DNA from: Chloroflexota bacterium
GTDB taxonomy: Bacteria; Chloroflexota; Dehalococcoidia; CAUJGQ01
Direction: 5' to 3'
DNA length: 64,000 nucleotides
Assembly (NCBI GenBank): GCA_036741355.1
Contig: DAINSK010000001.1
Span: 19,047-83,046, forward strand
The notes beneath the pieces are model-generated. The model was not told the DNA's origin. It did not search any database and saw nothing but the letters and a program-made list of their open reading frames with translations. Below, in pieces: positions 38,002 to 47,772 of this stretch. Each line of letters begins with the position of its first letter. Within the stretch, counting starts at the first letter, position 1. The position numbers and the translations under genes were made by a program.

Positions 38002-39648
38002 CTAGGGGGCCGTCCCCTCCAGCAGCTTCGCCGCGACCACGGCCGTAGGGTGCGGCTCTTTCACGAAAGCGTTGTGGAAACGCTTGAGCGTGTAGCCCGA
38101 ACCCCACTTCTGTTTCACCGCTTCGCGCAACTCCAGGATCTCGTGCTTGCCAAGGGTGTAGGCGAAGTAGGACGGACCGACGACGCCCCGCTTTGATTCC
38201 AGCTCGGCGACCGGGAGCGTAGCGAACCCTTCCTTCATGAAAAACTGCACCGCGTCGTCGTAACTCCAGCCCTGGGTGTGCATGCCGAACGCGCACAGGT
38301 AACGACACAGGCGCAGGAGCGCCTCGCGCATCTGCATGATCTCGTAACGCGGGTCGCCGTCGCCCCATCCGGACTCGATCATCAGCCGCTCGGTGTAGTG
38401 CGCCCAGCCCTCTGTTGTCGTGGTCGTGTTCGTGCCGGGCACAGCGTCGGGCGCTTTCCGCAGCCAGGAAATGTGAACGTAGTGCCCCGGGTACGCCTCG
38501 TGAGCGGTGATCAGCGGCGTCGACCAGCGGTTGAAGAATTGCAAATACTGTTCGGTTCGCTGCTCATCCCAGGCGGCGTCCGGGGGCGTGACGTAGTAAT
38601 AGGCCTCGGTCGCGACCGTTTCGTACATTCCGGGCGTCGAGCACGCGGCCAGCGTTGTCGCGCGTGAGAAGGGCGGAGTCTCCTTGAGTTGGATACGGAC
38701 CTCCGTCGGCATGTCGATCAGGTCGCGGTCGATGCAGAACTGGCGCAGCTCCTCCAGCGTCGTCTGAACGCTTGGGAGCAATTCTCCGGCTGCCGGATGC
38801 TCTCTGCCGACCCCCGTGACGACCTCCTGCGGCGTCGCCGACGGGTCGATCTGCCGCGCGAGCTCGTTCAGTCGTTCCTGATGCCAGCGAAGGTCCTCGC
38901 GGCCGCGCTTCACCAGCGTGTCGATGTCCGTATCGACGTATTCCTGGAGCCGCACGAGCTTCTCCATGCGTTCGCGTCCCCACGCGATCGGCAACGTCGC
39001 CCCAGGGCGCACGGTGTCGCGCAACCACGATTCGTAGTCGTGAACCGCTGCGACCGCTTCCCCGCGTGCCGCTCCAAACGCCGATCGCAGCGCTGGGTCC
39101 TCGACTCCCGCAACCGAGCCCGGAAGATCGCGGTCGAGCATCGTCAGGATTCCAGACGCCTGCTGCAGCGCGGTTTCAACATGAATGGGCGAGCAGGATT
39201 CGAATGTATCCCGAAACTCCTTCAAGAGGCGTGGTGCGGCGCTCAGTCTCGACGTCAGCGATCGGACGCGGTCGGTGAGCGGCGCAAAATCGCGAATGAC
39301 GAGCGAATTGCAGGAGAACCCGATCATGCCCAGAGGGGCGCCGGGGCTATGACGTGAGGCCCCATAGTCACGTTCCTCCGAAAGCTCACCCTGGAGCTTT
39401 CGGAAGTGAATTGGCCAGCGCGTTCGGTAGGGTTCCGACAACGGCACCTCGTCGATCTGCTGCAAGCGGCGAAGTTGGCCGTCTACCTCCTGGTTGCGCG
39501 CCCCGATCGCCTCACGGGACCGGCTTCCCAGCTCGGCATCAAACTCGTGACGCCCCAGACCGGTGGCCGTGCCGGGGCTCCATCGAAGGCGGCCATCCAC
39601 GATCTCTTGTTCGAGTTGTTTGAACCTCTGGTCTGCGTCCGAAGTCAT
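38002..39648 (-). CDS. DUF885 family protein (putative metallopeptidase-like).
   Basis: The HEAYPGHYVH motif characteristic of DUF885. The ATG at 39646-39648 has an AGGAGA RBS. Confidence 0.65.
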   Translation of the reverse strand: MTSDADQRFKQLEQEIVDGRLRWSPGTATGLGRHEFDAELGSRSREAIGARNQEVDGQLRRLQQIDEVPLSEPYRTRWPIHFRKLQGELSEERDYGASRHSPGAPLGMIGFSCNSLVIRDFAPLTDRVRSLTSRLSAAPRLLKEFRDTFESCSPIHVETALQQASGILTMLDRDLPGSVAGVEDPALRSAFGAARGEAVAAVHDYESWLRDTVRPGATLPIAWGRERMEKLVRLQEYVDTDIDTLVKRGREDLRWHQERLNELARQIDPSATPQEVVTGVGREHPAAGELLPSVQTTLEELRQFCIDRDLIDMPTEVRIQLKETPPFSRATTLAACSTPGMYETVATEAYYYVTPPDAAWDEQRTEQYLQFFNRWSTPLITAHEAYPGHYVHISWLRKAPDAVPGTNTTTTTEGWAHYTERLMIESGWGDGDPRYEIMQMREALLRLCRYLCAFGMHTQGWSYDDAVQFFMKEGFATLPVAELESKRGVVGPSYFAYTLGKHEILELREAVKQKWGSGYTLKRFHNAFVKEPHPTAVVAAKLLEGTAP

Positions 39649-39757
39649 TGCGTCTCCTATTGACGGGGTGTTGCCGTCGACGAGCAGGGTGGTCTGACCA
39701 TCAGCACGGGTTTTGCAAAACCTAAACGCTGTCCTCGGCATCGGTTCCTGAGTCAGG

Positions 39758-40450
39758 CTAGTAGTTTAGGGTAGGAGGCTCGCCTGGCGATTGGACCGCC
39801 GCCGGTCCCGGGCCGCCCTCCAGTGAGAACGGCGGGTACTCGTCCACGAACAGCATCATGTAGCCGTATACCCGGGCGCCCCAACGGCTGACGCCAATGC
39901 TGAACCGGTACAGTCCTTCGGGGTATTCGCCGGAGATCAAGATCGAAAACCAGGCGATAACGGTAACGATAAAGGCGGCGATACCAAGAAAGATCAGCAC
40001 GATGAAGTGCGGGATTGCGAGGATCGCCCGGAAACCGACCGTCAAGCGATTGTGCACTTCGTCGGGCGCAATGCCTATCTGCAGCGGATATGGACCGTCG
40101 CCAAAGGGAGGATACAGATCCGTCAGCAGCCCCACATAGGCGTAGATGTTCTGGACCCAACGGAAGAGGTAGATGGCGAAGCCGCGGAACGACGGGTAAC
40201 GACCCGTAAAAATAATGTAAACCCAGGCGAAGAAGGCGAGCAGCTCGAGCAGTGCGGTTAAGGGGCCACCGCTGCCGCCCTGGAAATTGGATGCCGCCCG
40301 GCCGAGCGCCGTGCGACCATAGAAAAAGCTGAATCCACCGACCAATAGCAGTTGCGGAAACGCTAGCACCAGCCGAAAGAGCACCTTCACGCGGTCATAG
40401 CGCTCCGGCCGTTCGATCTCATAGGTGATGGGATACGAGACACCCGGCAT
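39758..40450 (-). CDS. Integral membrane protein (DUF4389-like).
   Basis: Four to five TM helices (FRLVLAFPQLLLVGGF ... ILAIPHFIVLIFLGIAAFIVTVIAWFSIL); the family assignment is tentative. Confidence 0.4.
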   Translation of the reverse strand: MPGVSYPITYEIERPERYDRVKVLFRLVLAFPQLLLVGGFSFFYGRTALGRAASNFQGGSGGPLTALLELLAFFAWVYIIFTGRYPSFRGFAIYLFRWVQNIYAYVGLLTDLYPPFGDGPYPLQIGIAPDEVHNRLTVGFRAILAIPHFIVLIFLGIAAFIVTVIAWFSILISGEYPEGLYRFSIGVSRWGARVYGYMMLFVDEYPPFSLEGGPGPAAVQSPGEPPTLNY

Positions 40451-40693
40451 TAAAACCTCTTCGGCGGTTAGCCAGCCTAGACGACTGTCAAATTAGGCGG
40501 TTCAATAATCTCACGTAACGAAAGAAAGTTGCCAGTGTTCTGCCCGGCGTTTTGAAATCGGCATAGGTTTGCTACTACGGCCTGCCCCCAGGCCACGTTT
40601 TACCGTTGTAGACTGAGAGCAGGCCGCGAACGCAATATGCTGCGCGGCCCATCGCCACGATGTCGCATTAGTCCGGGACAGCCGGTGACTGCC

Positions 40694-41413
40694 ATGTCGC
40701 GCCTGCAAAGCCCACGGTTCTGGCTGGTCCTTTTCGGCGCCGTCGCGGCCCTGACAGTCGTCTGTGCCGTCGTGGTCGTCGGCGCCGTCGCGGGAGTCGA
40801 TCGAGGCATTGAAAGTTTCCTGCTTGCCTCGCTCGCTACACTTAGCGGCGCCGGATGGCTCAAAGCCTATCTCCACCAGGGTCGTGCCCTCCGCGCGGAG
40901 CAGGCGCTTGCCGCGGCGCGGCAGGCGTCAGTCGCCGCGGCCCTTCGCGATCCGCTCACCGGACTGGCAAACCAGCGACTCTTCGACAGTCACCTCCGCG
41001 CTGCCTTTGAACGGGGCCAGCGCTACGGCAACTCCTTCTCGGTCCTCCTCATAGAGTTGGACTTCGCCGGGTCGCCCGAACGGCCGGCGCAGAGTGCTTC
41101 CAAAGAACGCGTGCTCAAATACCTGGGGACGATATTCACGCGAAACCTTCGCAGTGCCGACACGGCGGCGCGAGTCGGCGACTACTCCTTCGGCGTGCTG
41201 CTTCCCGAAACTGAGTATGAGGGCGCGCGCCGCGCATGGGAGCGAATTCGCGATGTGTCGCACTTGAACTGGCCCGATAACCGCACCTGGTCGTTGTCCG
41301 GCGGAGCGGCTGGGTATAACGTTGACGTCGGCTCGGTCGAGAACATGCTCTCCGACGCTGATCGCCGGCTGGCGCTCGAAAAGCGACGCCTTCGGGCCGA
41401 GCACGAATCGTAG
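40694..41413 (+). CDS. Membrane-anchored GGDEF-domain protein with a degenerate active-site motif.
   Basis: Two N-terminal TM helices and a GGDEF fold (DPLTGLANQRLFDSHL ... FSVLLIELDF ... RVGDYSFGVLL), but the A-site reads GDYSF, not GG(D/E)EF. Confidence 0.65.
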   Translation: MSRLQSPRFWLVLFGAVAALTVVCAVVVVGAVAGVDRGIESFLLASLATLSGAGWLKAYLHQGRALRAEQALAAARQASVAAALRDPLTGLANQRLFDSHLRAAFERGQRYGNSFSVLLIELDFAGSPERPAQSASKERVLKYLGTIFTRNLRSADTAARVGDYSFGVLLPETEYEGARRAWERIRDVSHLNWPDNRTWSLSGGAAGYNVDVGSVENMLSDADRRLALEKRRLRAEHES

Positions 41414-41468
41414 ATTCGACTTTACGGGCCCCGGCGTTCAACTCCTTTCAATCGGGGATAATACGACG

Positions 41469-42419
41469 GTGAGTGTACGCATCGGGCTCGCGCTCGGCGG
41501 CTGGCCATTCGGCGCCAACGACTGCGCCCCGTTTTGGGATTTTGTCGATCAAGCTGAAGCGCTTGGCTACGATTCGCTGTGGCTAAGCGACCGGCTTATC
41601 TCCACGACGCCCATCGTGGAGCCGGTTACCGGGCTGGCCGCGATTGCCGGACGCACGCGCAAACTCAAGTTCGGAATGAGCGTGCTCGTCCTGCCGCTAC
41701 GCAATCCTGTCATAGTGGCCAAGGAGATAGCCACGATTGATTTCCTCTCCGGCGGCCGTATGCTACCCGCGTTTGGCATCGGCACTGAAGACCCGCGCGA
41801 ATATGAGGCCGCCGGCGTTTCGAAGGAAGAGCGTGGCGGACGCACCGACGAGGCGGTCGCGATTCTGCGGCGGCTCTGGTCGGAAGAACATGTGACGCAC
41901 CGCGGCCGCTACTACCGGATGACAGACGTGACGATCGCGCCGCGCCCCGCCCAACGGATACTGCCGATCTGGTTTGGAGGGCGCAGCGAAGCCGCCTACC
42001 GGCGCATCGGGCGGTTAGGTGACGGTTGGCTGGCGTCGTTTCTTACCACCGAAGAGTTCGCCGACGGTGCCGAACGCATACGGGCCAACGCCGCAGCCGC
42101 CGGACGCGACATCGACGAGGACCATTACGGCGTCATCCTTTCGGTGACCATCGCAGGGAGCGTCGAGCAGGCGCGCCAGCTTGCGGCACCCACGTTGCGG
42201 CGTTTTCGTCCCGACGTGGATATCGAGCGACTCAGTATATTTGGCACTCCGGACGACTGCTCCGCCCGCATTGACGAATACCTGCGCGCCGGCGCCAGCA
42301 AGTTCGTCCTCCGTCCCGCCTGCCCTCCGGATCAGCTTTCGGCACAGCTCGACATCATTGCGCGGGATATCGCTCCCAGGTTTGACCGAACGATGGCCAC
42401 CGTTGGAGCAACCTCCTGA
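41469..42419 (+). CDS. LLM-class (luciferase-like) flavin/F420-dependent oxidoreductase.
   Basis: A TIM-barrel LLM pattern (IGLALGGWPF, GYDSLWLSDR, LVLPLRNPVIVAKEIATIDFLSGGR); GTG start at about 41469. Confidence 0.75.
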   Translation: MSVRIGLALGGWPFGANDCAPFWDFVDQAEALGYDSLWLSDRLISTTPIVEPVTGLAAIAGRTRKLKFGMSVLVLPLRNPVIVAKEIATIDFLSGGRMLPAFGIGTEDPREYEAAGVSKEERGGRTDEAVAILRRLWSEEHVTHRGRYYRMTDVTIAPRPAQRILPIWFGGRSEAAYRRIGRLGDGWLASFLTTEEFADGAERIRANAAAAGRDIDEDHYGVILSVTIAGSVEQARQLAAPTLRRFRPDVDIERLSIFGTPDDCSARIDEYLRAGASKFVLRPACPPDQLSAQLDIIARDIAPRFDRTMATVGATS

Positions 42420-42470
42420 CGCGATATTGGCGTTGTCAGGCTCCGTACGGCGTCACTGATCGGAGCAGGG

Positions 42471-42827
42471 ATGTGGCTTTTCAGAAAACGGCGGCACAAA
42501 CCGGCTGACGCCTTGCCGTCGCCTTCCGTGCCGTACTCGGGACCGGGAGCCGGCGCCTCCAGGCCCGTGGGTGGTGCGCAGGACGGCCGGGCCGCCGGTA
42601 CCAGAATTACGCCTATTTGCAGTGGCTGTGCTCGGCCCCTCGCCTGCCGCATGCCTCCTGCAACCAGCATGCTGCCGCCCGTCTATGCCGCCATCGTGTG
42701 TCCGTTGTGTAACTGGGTTGAGTGCAAAGACTGCAAGGGTTCTCCCTCAGACGCTCCATGCACGGTCTGTGGCAGCCCCGTGCAGCCGGCATATGTCGGC
42801 CAGTTCACCTCAGGGCCTGCGGGTTGA
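42471..42827 (+). CDS. Cys-rich small protein (putative zinc-ribbon).
   Basis: CSGC...C...CPLCNWVECKDCKG...CTVCG with multiple CxxC pairs. Confidence 0.35.
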   Translation: MWLFRKRRHKPADALPSPSVPYSGPGAGASRPVGGAQDGRAAGTRITPICSGCARPLACRMPPATSMLPPVYAAIVCPLCNWVECKDCKGSPSDAPCTVCGSPVQPAYVGQFTSGPAG

Positions 42828-42917
42828 GCCCGCCGGCACTTTCCCGCGTTAGTACCCTGCGGCGGCGCGAACCTATAATAGCTATGACGACGCAATGCGA
42901 TTGCTACCGCAGGAGGT

Positions 42918-43589
42918 GTGCCGGTGTGCGACTTTGACGCCGCTGCAATTCCGGATGTCGAATCGATGATCACCGACGAAGGCAGAGCAGCGCTGAGCGA
43001 ACTTCATGACACCGTGACTGCTGCCATTGCCGAAGGCGGCGATCCCGAGGCGATCATCGGACAGCTACGCGGGCCCTTCGCCGCGTTTTTCAAGCGCGAT
43101 GGTTGGTTGCCCGAGCCGTGCCGGCAGGCGATTCCCGGCAAGGCCGCCAGCTACGCGTTGCTCCGTTCAAAGGACCCGGAGTTCGTGTTGTTCAGCATGG
43201 TGCTCCCGGCCGGCGAGAGCACAAAGGTTCACAACCACCTCGCCTGGGGACTGATCGGCCTGTGGCAGGGTCGCCAGTACGAAATACAGTACCGGCGGCT
43301 GGACGACGGGTCCAACCCGGAATACGCCGAGCTCGCCGAGACCGTGCGTCAAACGCTCGAGCCCGGCGACATAACCCGGCTTCTGCCGCCGGTGGACGAT
43401 ACCCATATCATCAAGACGCTCTCTGAAGTGCCCTCGATCTCGATTCACCTGCTCGGAAACGACCTCGGTCGCATCAAACGTCAGCTCTTCTACCCCGAAG
43501 AAAATCGATCCGAAACTTTCGTCTCCGGATACGACAACGTACACGGAATTGCCGGTGCTGACGCCGCCGGTGTTGGCGCACGACGATGA
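42918..43589 (+). CDS. Cupin-fold protein, cysteine-dioxygenase-like.
   Basis: A cupin metal motif (KVHNHLAWGLIGLWQG) in a roughly 220-aa protein. Confidence 0.5.
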   Translation: MPVCDFDAAAIPDVESMITDEGRAALSELHDTVTAAIAEGGDPEAIIGQLRGPFAAFFKRDGWLPEPCRQAIPGKAASYALLRSKDPEFVLFSMVLPAGESTKVHNHLAWGLIGLWQGRQYEIQYRRLDDGSNPEYAELAETVRQTLEPGDITRLLPPVDDTHIIKTLSEVPSISIHLLGNDLGRIKRQLFYPEENRSETFVSGYDNVHGIAGADAAGVGARR

Positions 43590-43619
43590 TAGACAGTGGA
43601 GGGTCGAGAACAGACTTGT

Positions 43620-45161
43620 ATGCATAACAATCGTCTCATCGCCTGGCTGCTTCGGCTGTTCGGCACTGGCCCCAATCCGCGAGCCGGAGCCGTACGGCCA
43701 TCCTCTGCGCCCGTTTCCGCGCCGCGGGACCCCGCCGAGGCCGAGAAGGCGCTGGCCACTGCCCGCCGCGAGGCGCAAGAGATCGTAGAGCACGCCCGCA
43801 CCGAAGTTACGGCGCTGCGCGAACGCTCCGTCGGCGAGGAGGAGGCGCAGCGAGAGAACCTGGTCGAGGTTGCCCAGCGATTGGAGGACCGACAGGAGCG
43901 CTTGAACGCGCGCCTGACCGCTCTCGCCGAGCGAGAGCAGGCGCTACGAGAGAGTGCCGAGGAGCTCAAGTCGATCGAAACCGAAATCGAGGCATGTCGT
44001 GGTCAGCGCCTCAGCGCCCTTCAGCAGCGCGCCGGCGTCAGCATCGAAGAAGCGTCAGTTGAAGTTCTCTCTAACGTCGACCGCGAACTGCAGGAAGAGG
44101 CCGAACGCCGCCTGCGCGTTCACGAGGCCATCGTCGTGAGCGACGCGGACGGGCGTGCACGGGCCATCATTTCCACGGCCGTACAACGACTCAACCCCCC
44201 GAGCGTGCCGGATCCCGCGGCTGATCCCCTTCATTCTGCTACCGCCGACGCCAGACAAAAACTGCTGGCTCGCGACGGCCACGCACTACGATCGATCGAG
44301 AAAGCGACCGGGTGTGAGGTTGCGGTCGAGGATATCCCGGGGGCGCCGCCGACGTTGACGCTGGCCGGCTTTGATCCGGTGCGTCGCGAGGTAGCCCGCA
44401 CGGCGTTGACCTGGCTGATCCGCGATGGCTCCATGAACCCGACCAAAGTGGAACAGACTATCCAGAAAGCACAGCGGGAGGTCAACGCGAGTATCGAGCG
44501 CGCCGGCCTGATCGCGGCGGCCGAGGCTGCCTGCAAGGATCTGCCCACGGAGGTGGTGCGCACACTCGGCAGGTTGCGCTACCGCACCAGCTACGGGCAG
44601 AACCAGCTCCAGCACGCGATCGAGACGTCCAGGTTAGGCGCAATGCTCGCCCATGAGCTCGGCGCCGACGTGTATGTGCTTCGCAACGCGGCGCTGCTTC
44701 ACGACCTGGGAAAAGCGGTCGACCGCGAAAACGAAGGCACGCACGCGATGCTCGGCGGAGAAATCTGCCGGCGCAACGGCATGCCGGAATCGATCGTGCA
44801 CTGCATCGAGGCGCATCATGAGGAGATCGAGCCGGAAACGCTCGAAGCCCGCCTGACGATTATCGCCGACTCCATCAGTGGCGGCCGTCCCGGCGCCCGG
44901 CGCGAATCACTGGAACGGTATCTCGCTCGACTGGCGGCGCTGGAAGAGGTAGCGCACAGCTTCAGAGGCGTTGAGCGCGCCTTTGCCATCCAGGCCGGCC
45001 GGGAGCTTCGCATCCTTGTGCGCTCGGATCAGGTAGACGACGAGGGTGCGGCGCAGTTGGCCAGAGACGTGAGCAACATGATTCAAGAGAAGCTGGAGTA
45101 TCCCGGCCAGATCAGGGTTACCGTGCTCCGGGAAACCCGCGCCGTGGAGTACGCGCGCTAG
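43620..45161 (+). CDS. rny: Ribonuclease Y.
   Basis: An N-terminal TM helix, a coiled-coil, a KH domain and an HD domain (QLQHAIETSRLGAMLAHELGADVYVLRNAALLHDLGKA). Confidence 0.85.
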   Translation: MHNNRLIAWLLRLFGTGPNPRAGAVRPSSAPVSAPRDPAEAEKALATARREAQEIVEHARTEVTALRERSVGEEEAQRENLVEVAQRLEDRQERLNARLTALAEREQALRESAEELKSIETEIEACRGQRLSALQQRAGVSIEEASVEVLSNVDRELQEEAERRLRVHEAIVVSDADGRARAIISTAVQRLNPPSVPDPAADPLHSATADARQKLLARDGHALRSIEKATGCEVAVEDIPGAPPTLTLAGFDPVRREVARTALTWLIRDGSMNPTKVEQTIQKAQREVNASIERAGLIAAAEAACKDLPTEVVRTLGRLRYRTSYGQNQLQHAIETSRLGAMLAHELGADVYVLRNAALLHDLGKAVDRENEGTHAMLGGEICRRNGMPESIVHCIEAHHEEIEPETLEARLTIIADSISGGRPGARRESLERYLARLAALEEVAHSFRGVERAFAIQAGRELRILVRSDQVDDEGAAQLARDVSNMIQEKLEYPGQIRVTVLRETRAVEYAR

Positions 45162-45171
45162 ATCGCACGTA

Positions 45172-45366
45172 TCAGGTTGGCTGGCCTGCCTGCGGCGGCA
45201 GCTTTCGAGAGGCCGGCCCCTCTCCCTCACGCGGCTCCAGGCCCGGCAAGCGAGTAACGGTTTCGTGGCCCCGCGGGCAGGTCATCGGATCGTCACGCCG
45301 GCGTCCGGGCCGCCAACGCTCGAACGTCTCGACGCAGGTCGTGCAACGGAAGAGATAAACGGGCAT
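45172..45366 (-). CDS. FmdB-family zinc-ribbon protein.
   Basis: MPVYLFRCTTCVETFE ... TCPRGHE (CxxC ... CxxGH). Confidence 0.55.
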   Translation of the reverse strand: MPVYLFRCTTCVETFERWRPGRRRDDPMTCPRGHETVTRLPGLEPREGEGPASRKLPPQAGQPT

Positions 45367-45398
45367 CGCTTATTCGCCTCGCTATGCGCGCAGCAAGC

Positions 45399-46046
45399 TT
45401 ACTCCAGCGCACCGCCGGACGTCGCCCTCAGCTTTGCAGGGGGCATAACCAGCCGCGGCCGGATGCCCCGCCGAACGTGGTGAGTTGGGGTCGCGTCGGC
45501 TACTCGTTCGCACGCTTCGTTCGACTCTTCGCCGGGCTCAACCTCTGCCGTTTCGTCATTTTCATCGTCGGAATGCCGGTGCAGGTGTTCGGGGCCGCTC
45601 AGTAGATCCACGTAAAGCAGACCGTTCGTGTGGTCGATCTCGTGCTCGAGCGCCTGCGCCAGCAGGTCGTCGGCGGCTTTAATCCGAATCTGACGGCCCT
45701 GCCGGTCGAGCCCTTTGACCGTCACTTTGACCGATCGGAACAGCTCTCCGCGATAGCCTGGGATCGAGAGGCAGCCCTCTCTCACCCAACGCTGGCCGCT
45801 GTGGCGCACAACTTCGCCGTTAATCAGCGCGAAGGCGGGCACTTCCGGAACCTCGATAACGACGATACGAAGACCAACGCCGACCTGTGGCGCCGCGAGG
45901 CCAATTCCGGGTGCGTCCCGCATCGTCTCCAGCATATCGTCAATGAGCGTCTGTACCGATCCATCCAGCACGTCGACGGGGCTGGCGACCTTGCGCAAGA
46001 CATCGTCGCCCGGCTCGCCCAGGATACGGATTGTGCGGACGGCCAT
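45399..46046 (-). CDS. def: Peptide deformylase.
   Basis: The three motifs GIGLAAPQVG, EGCLSIPG and HEIDHTNG; it carries a C-terminal extension. Confidence 0.9.
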   Translation of the reverse strand: MAVRTIRILGEPGDDVLRKVASPVDVLDGSVQTLIDDMLETMRDAPGIGLAAPQVGVGLRIVVIEVPEVPAFALINGEVVRHSGQRWVREGCLSIPGYRGELFRSVKVTVKGLDRQGRQIRIKAADDLLAQALEHEIDHTNGLLYVDLLSGPEHLHRHSDDENDETAEVEPGEESNEACERVADATPTHHVRRGIRPRLVMPPAKLRATSGGALE

Positions 46047-46235
46047 GGGTATCTGCTCACTCCCTTAACGGTCGAATCTCGAATTATCCTAGCAGCGCCA
46101 TAAAGGTACGATCCAGATCTGCAGCAGCGCGATCGCTCACGCCGCCTGTACGCTTGACACTCCCGAAGCGCCTCCCTAGCGTTGGCGATGCCCGCGGAAG
46201 CAAACCAGCACCGCGGCCGAGGAGATGAAAGCAGC

Positions 46236-47024
46236 ATGGCGACAATTCACCGCAACGGCGTCAGTGTCGATTACAAAGTCCAGGGAGACGGCTATCCGGT
46301 CCTCTTCTCGCATGGATACGGCGCGACGGCTCAAATGTGGCGCCCGCAGGTCGATGCGTTCTCCAGTCGCTGCAAGTTCGTGACCTGGGATATGCGCGGA
46401 CATGGCAGCACAGGCAGCCCCGAACAAACGGAACTCTACAGCGAGGCCGAAAGCGTAGCGGACATGACCGCCATCCTGGACGCGATCGACGCTCAGCAGG
46501 CTGTGATCGGCGGTCTATCGCTCGGCGGCTACATGACGCTTGCTTTCTATCACGCGCATCCTGAGCGTTGCCGGGCGTTGATCCTTTGCGATACCGGACC
46601 CGGCTACCGGAATCCGACGGCGCGCGAAGGGTGGAACGAGACCGCAGAACGCCGGGCTTTAGCTTTTGAATCCCGCGGCTTGGACGCGCTCGGCCGCAGC
46701 CCCGAGGTAGAACAAACGCGCGGCGGGCACCGCTCGGCGCAGGGGCTGGCAAACGCGGCGCGCGGCATGCTGAAGCAGTTCGACTCGCGCATCATCGAGA
46801 ACCTCCCCAACATCGCGGTGCCGGTGTTGCTCATCATTGGCGAAAACGACGCACCGTTCATCGGCGGCACGGATTACATGGCGTTAAAGATCCCCGGCGC
46901 CCGTAAGGCGGTGATCACCAACGCCGGTCACGCCTCGAACATCGACCAACCCGAACAGTTCAACAGCTCAGTGCTCGCTTTCCTTGATGAGATCGGCGTG
47001 ACGGCTCGGGAGTCCGCCTCCTAA
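46236..47024 (+). CDS. Alpha/beta hydrolase.
   Basis: HGYGAT; the nucleophile elbow GLSLGG; a C-terminal His region (NAGHASN). Confidence 0.75.
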   Translation: MATIHRNGVSVDYKVQGDGYPVLFSHGYGATAQMWRPQVDAFSSRCKFVTWDMRGHGSTGSPEQTELYSEAESVADMTAILDAIDAQQAVIGGLSLGGYMTLAFYHAHPERCRALILCDTGPGYRNPTAREGWNETAERRALAFESRGLDALGRSPEVEQTRGGHRSAQGLANAARGMLKQFDSRIIENLPNIAVPVLLIIGENDAPFIGGTDYMALKIPGARKAVITNAGHASNIDQPEQFNSSVLAFLDEIGVTARESAS

Positions 47025-47031
47025 CCCCCGG

Positions 47032-47053
47032 CCCCTTCCCTGCAGGGAAGGGG
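47032..47053 (+). terminator. GC-rich hairpin, terminator-like, after the alpha/beta hydrolase gene.
   Basis: CCCCTTCCC-tgca-GGGAAGGGG; a T-rich tract (ATTTCTTT) begins about 11 nt downstream. Confidence 0.4.
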
Positions 47054-47171
47054 AGCTCGAACGCGGATTTCTTTACTGCACAAGTTACTATAGGGGCGTG
47101 TTGCTACGCGCCGGGCCGCGCGCCGCTGCACCCCAGTCCGAGCGTTGCTTCCAATAATCGTCCCTTCCCGC

Positions 47172-47192
47172 ACCGGGAAGGGATAAGAGGGT
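47172..47192 (-). terminator. GC-rich hairpin, terminator-like, after the XRE gene on the minus strand.
   Basis: CCCTTCCCG-gtg-CGGGAAGGG on the minus strand, followed by ACGATTATTGG. Confidence 0.4.
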
Positions 47193-47207
47193 TAGGAGCC
47201 AACGCAC

Positions 47208-47597
47208 CTACGATGCCCGACGGCGGCCCATGCTGAGGGCCAGCCGGAGGGCCGACTTCACGTCGCGGAACTGGTCGGCCGGCAGGCGGTCGATATCCGC
47301 TAGCAGAATTCGCCATTCGGGGTCGGCTTCTACTCGACTGAGGCTGCGCTGCGCGGGCGGCGGCAACATCCCCGCTTTCTCGGCGACGTACTCTACCGGC
47401 AGACGAAAACAGCGGGCGACGCCGATGACCGCCTCTCGATCGGGCAGGGATTTGCGGTGCCGCCACACGCTCACCGTGGATGCATTGACGTTGGCGTAGA
47501 CCGCGAGCTGAGCCGGCCGCATATTGCGGGTCTGAAGCTCTTCTTCGACGAAGTCCGACCAGATCTCCAGCCGCCGCCGTCGCTGCTCCTCGCACAT
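47208..47597 (-). CDS. XRE-family helix-turn-helix transcriptional regulator.
   Basis: An HTH (MRPAQLAVYANVNASTVSVWRHRKSLP); the start is uncertain, 47597 or 47684. Confidence 0.6.
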   Translation of the reverse strand: MCEEQRRRRLEIWSDFVEEELQTRNMRPAQLAVYANVNASTVSVWRHRKSLPDREAVIGVARCFRLPVEYVAEKAGMLPPPAQRSLSRVEADPEWRILLADIDRLPADQFRDVKSALRLALSMGRRRAS

Positions 47598-47772
47598 TCG
47601 CCCGCCCGTTCGCGGCTGCGTGTCGTGTTCGAACGCGATTGCCGCAACGGCCACCTGAACCGGTGCTTTCATGAGTTGTTGCATTGGTTACCTCCTGCAT
47701 CCGAATTCTCGGTACAAGAGGGCAACGACCGCTGTGCATCCGGACACTTCAGAGGTGTGAAGTCGCATACAC

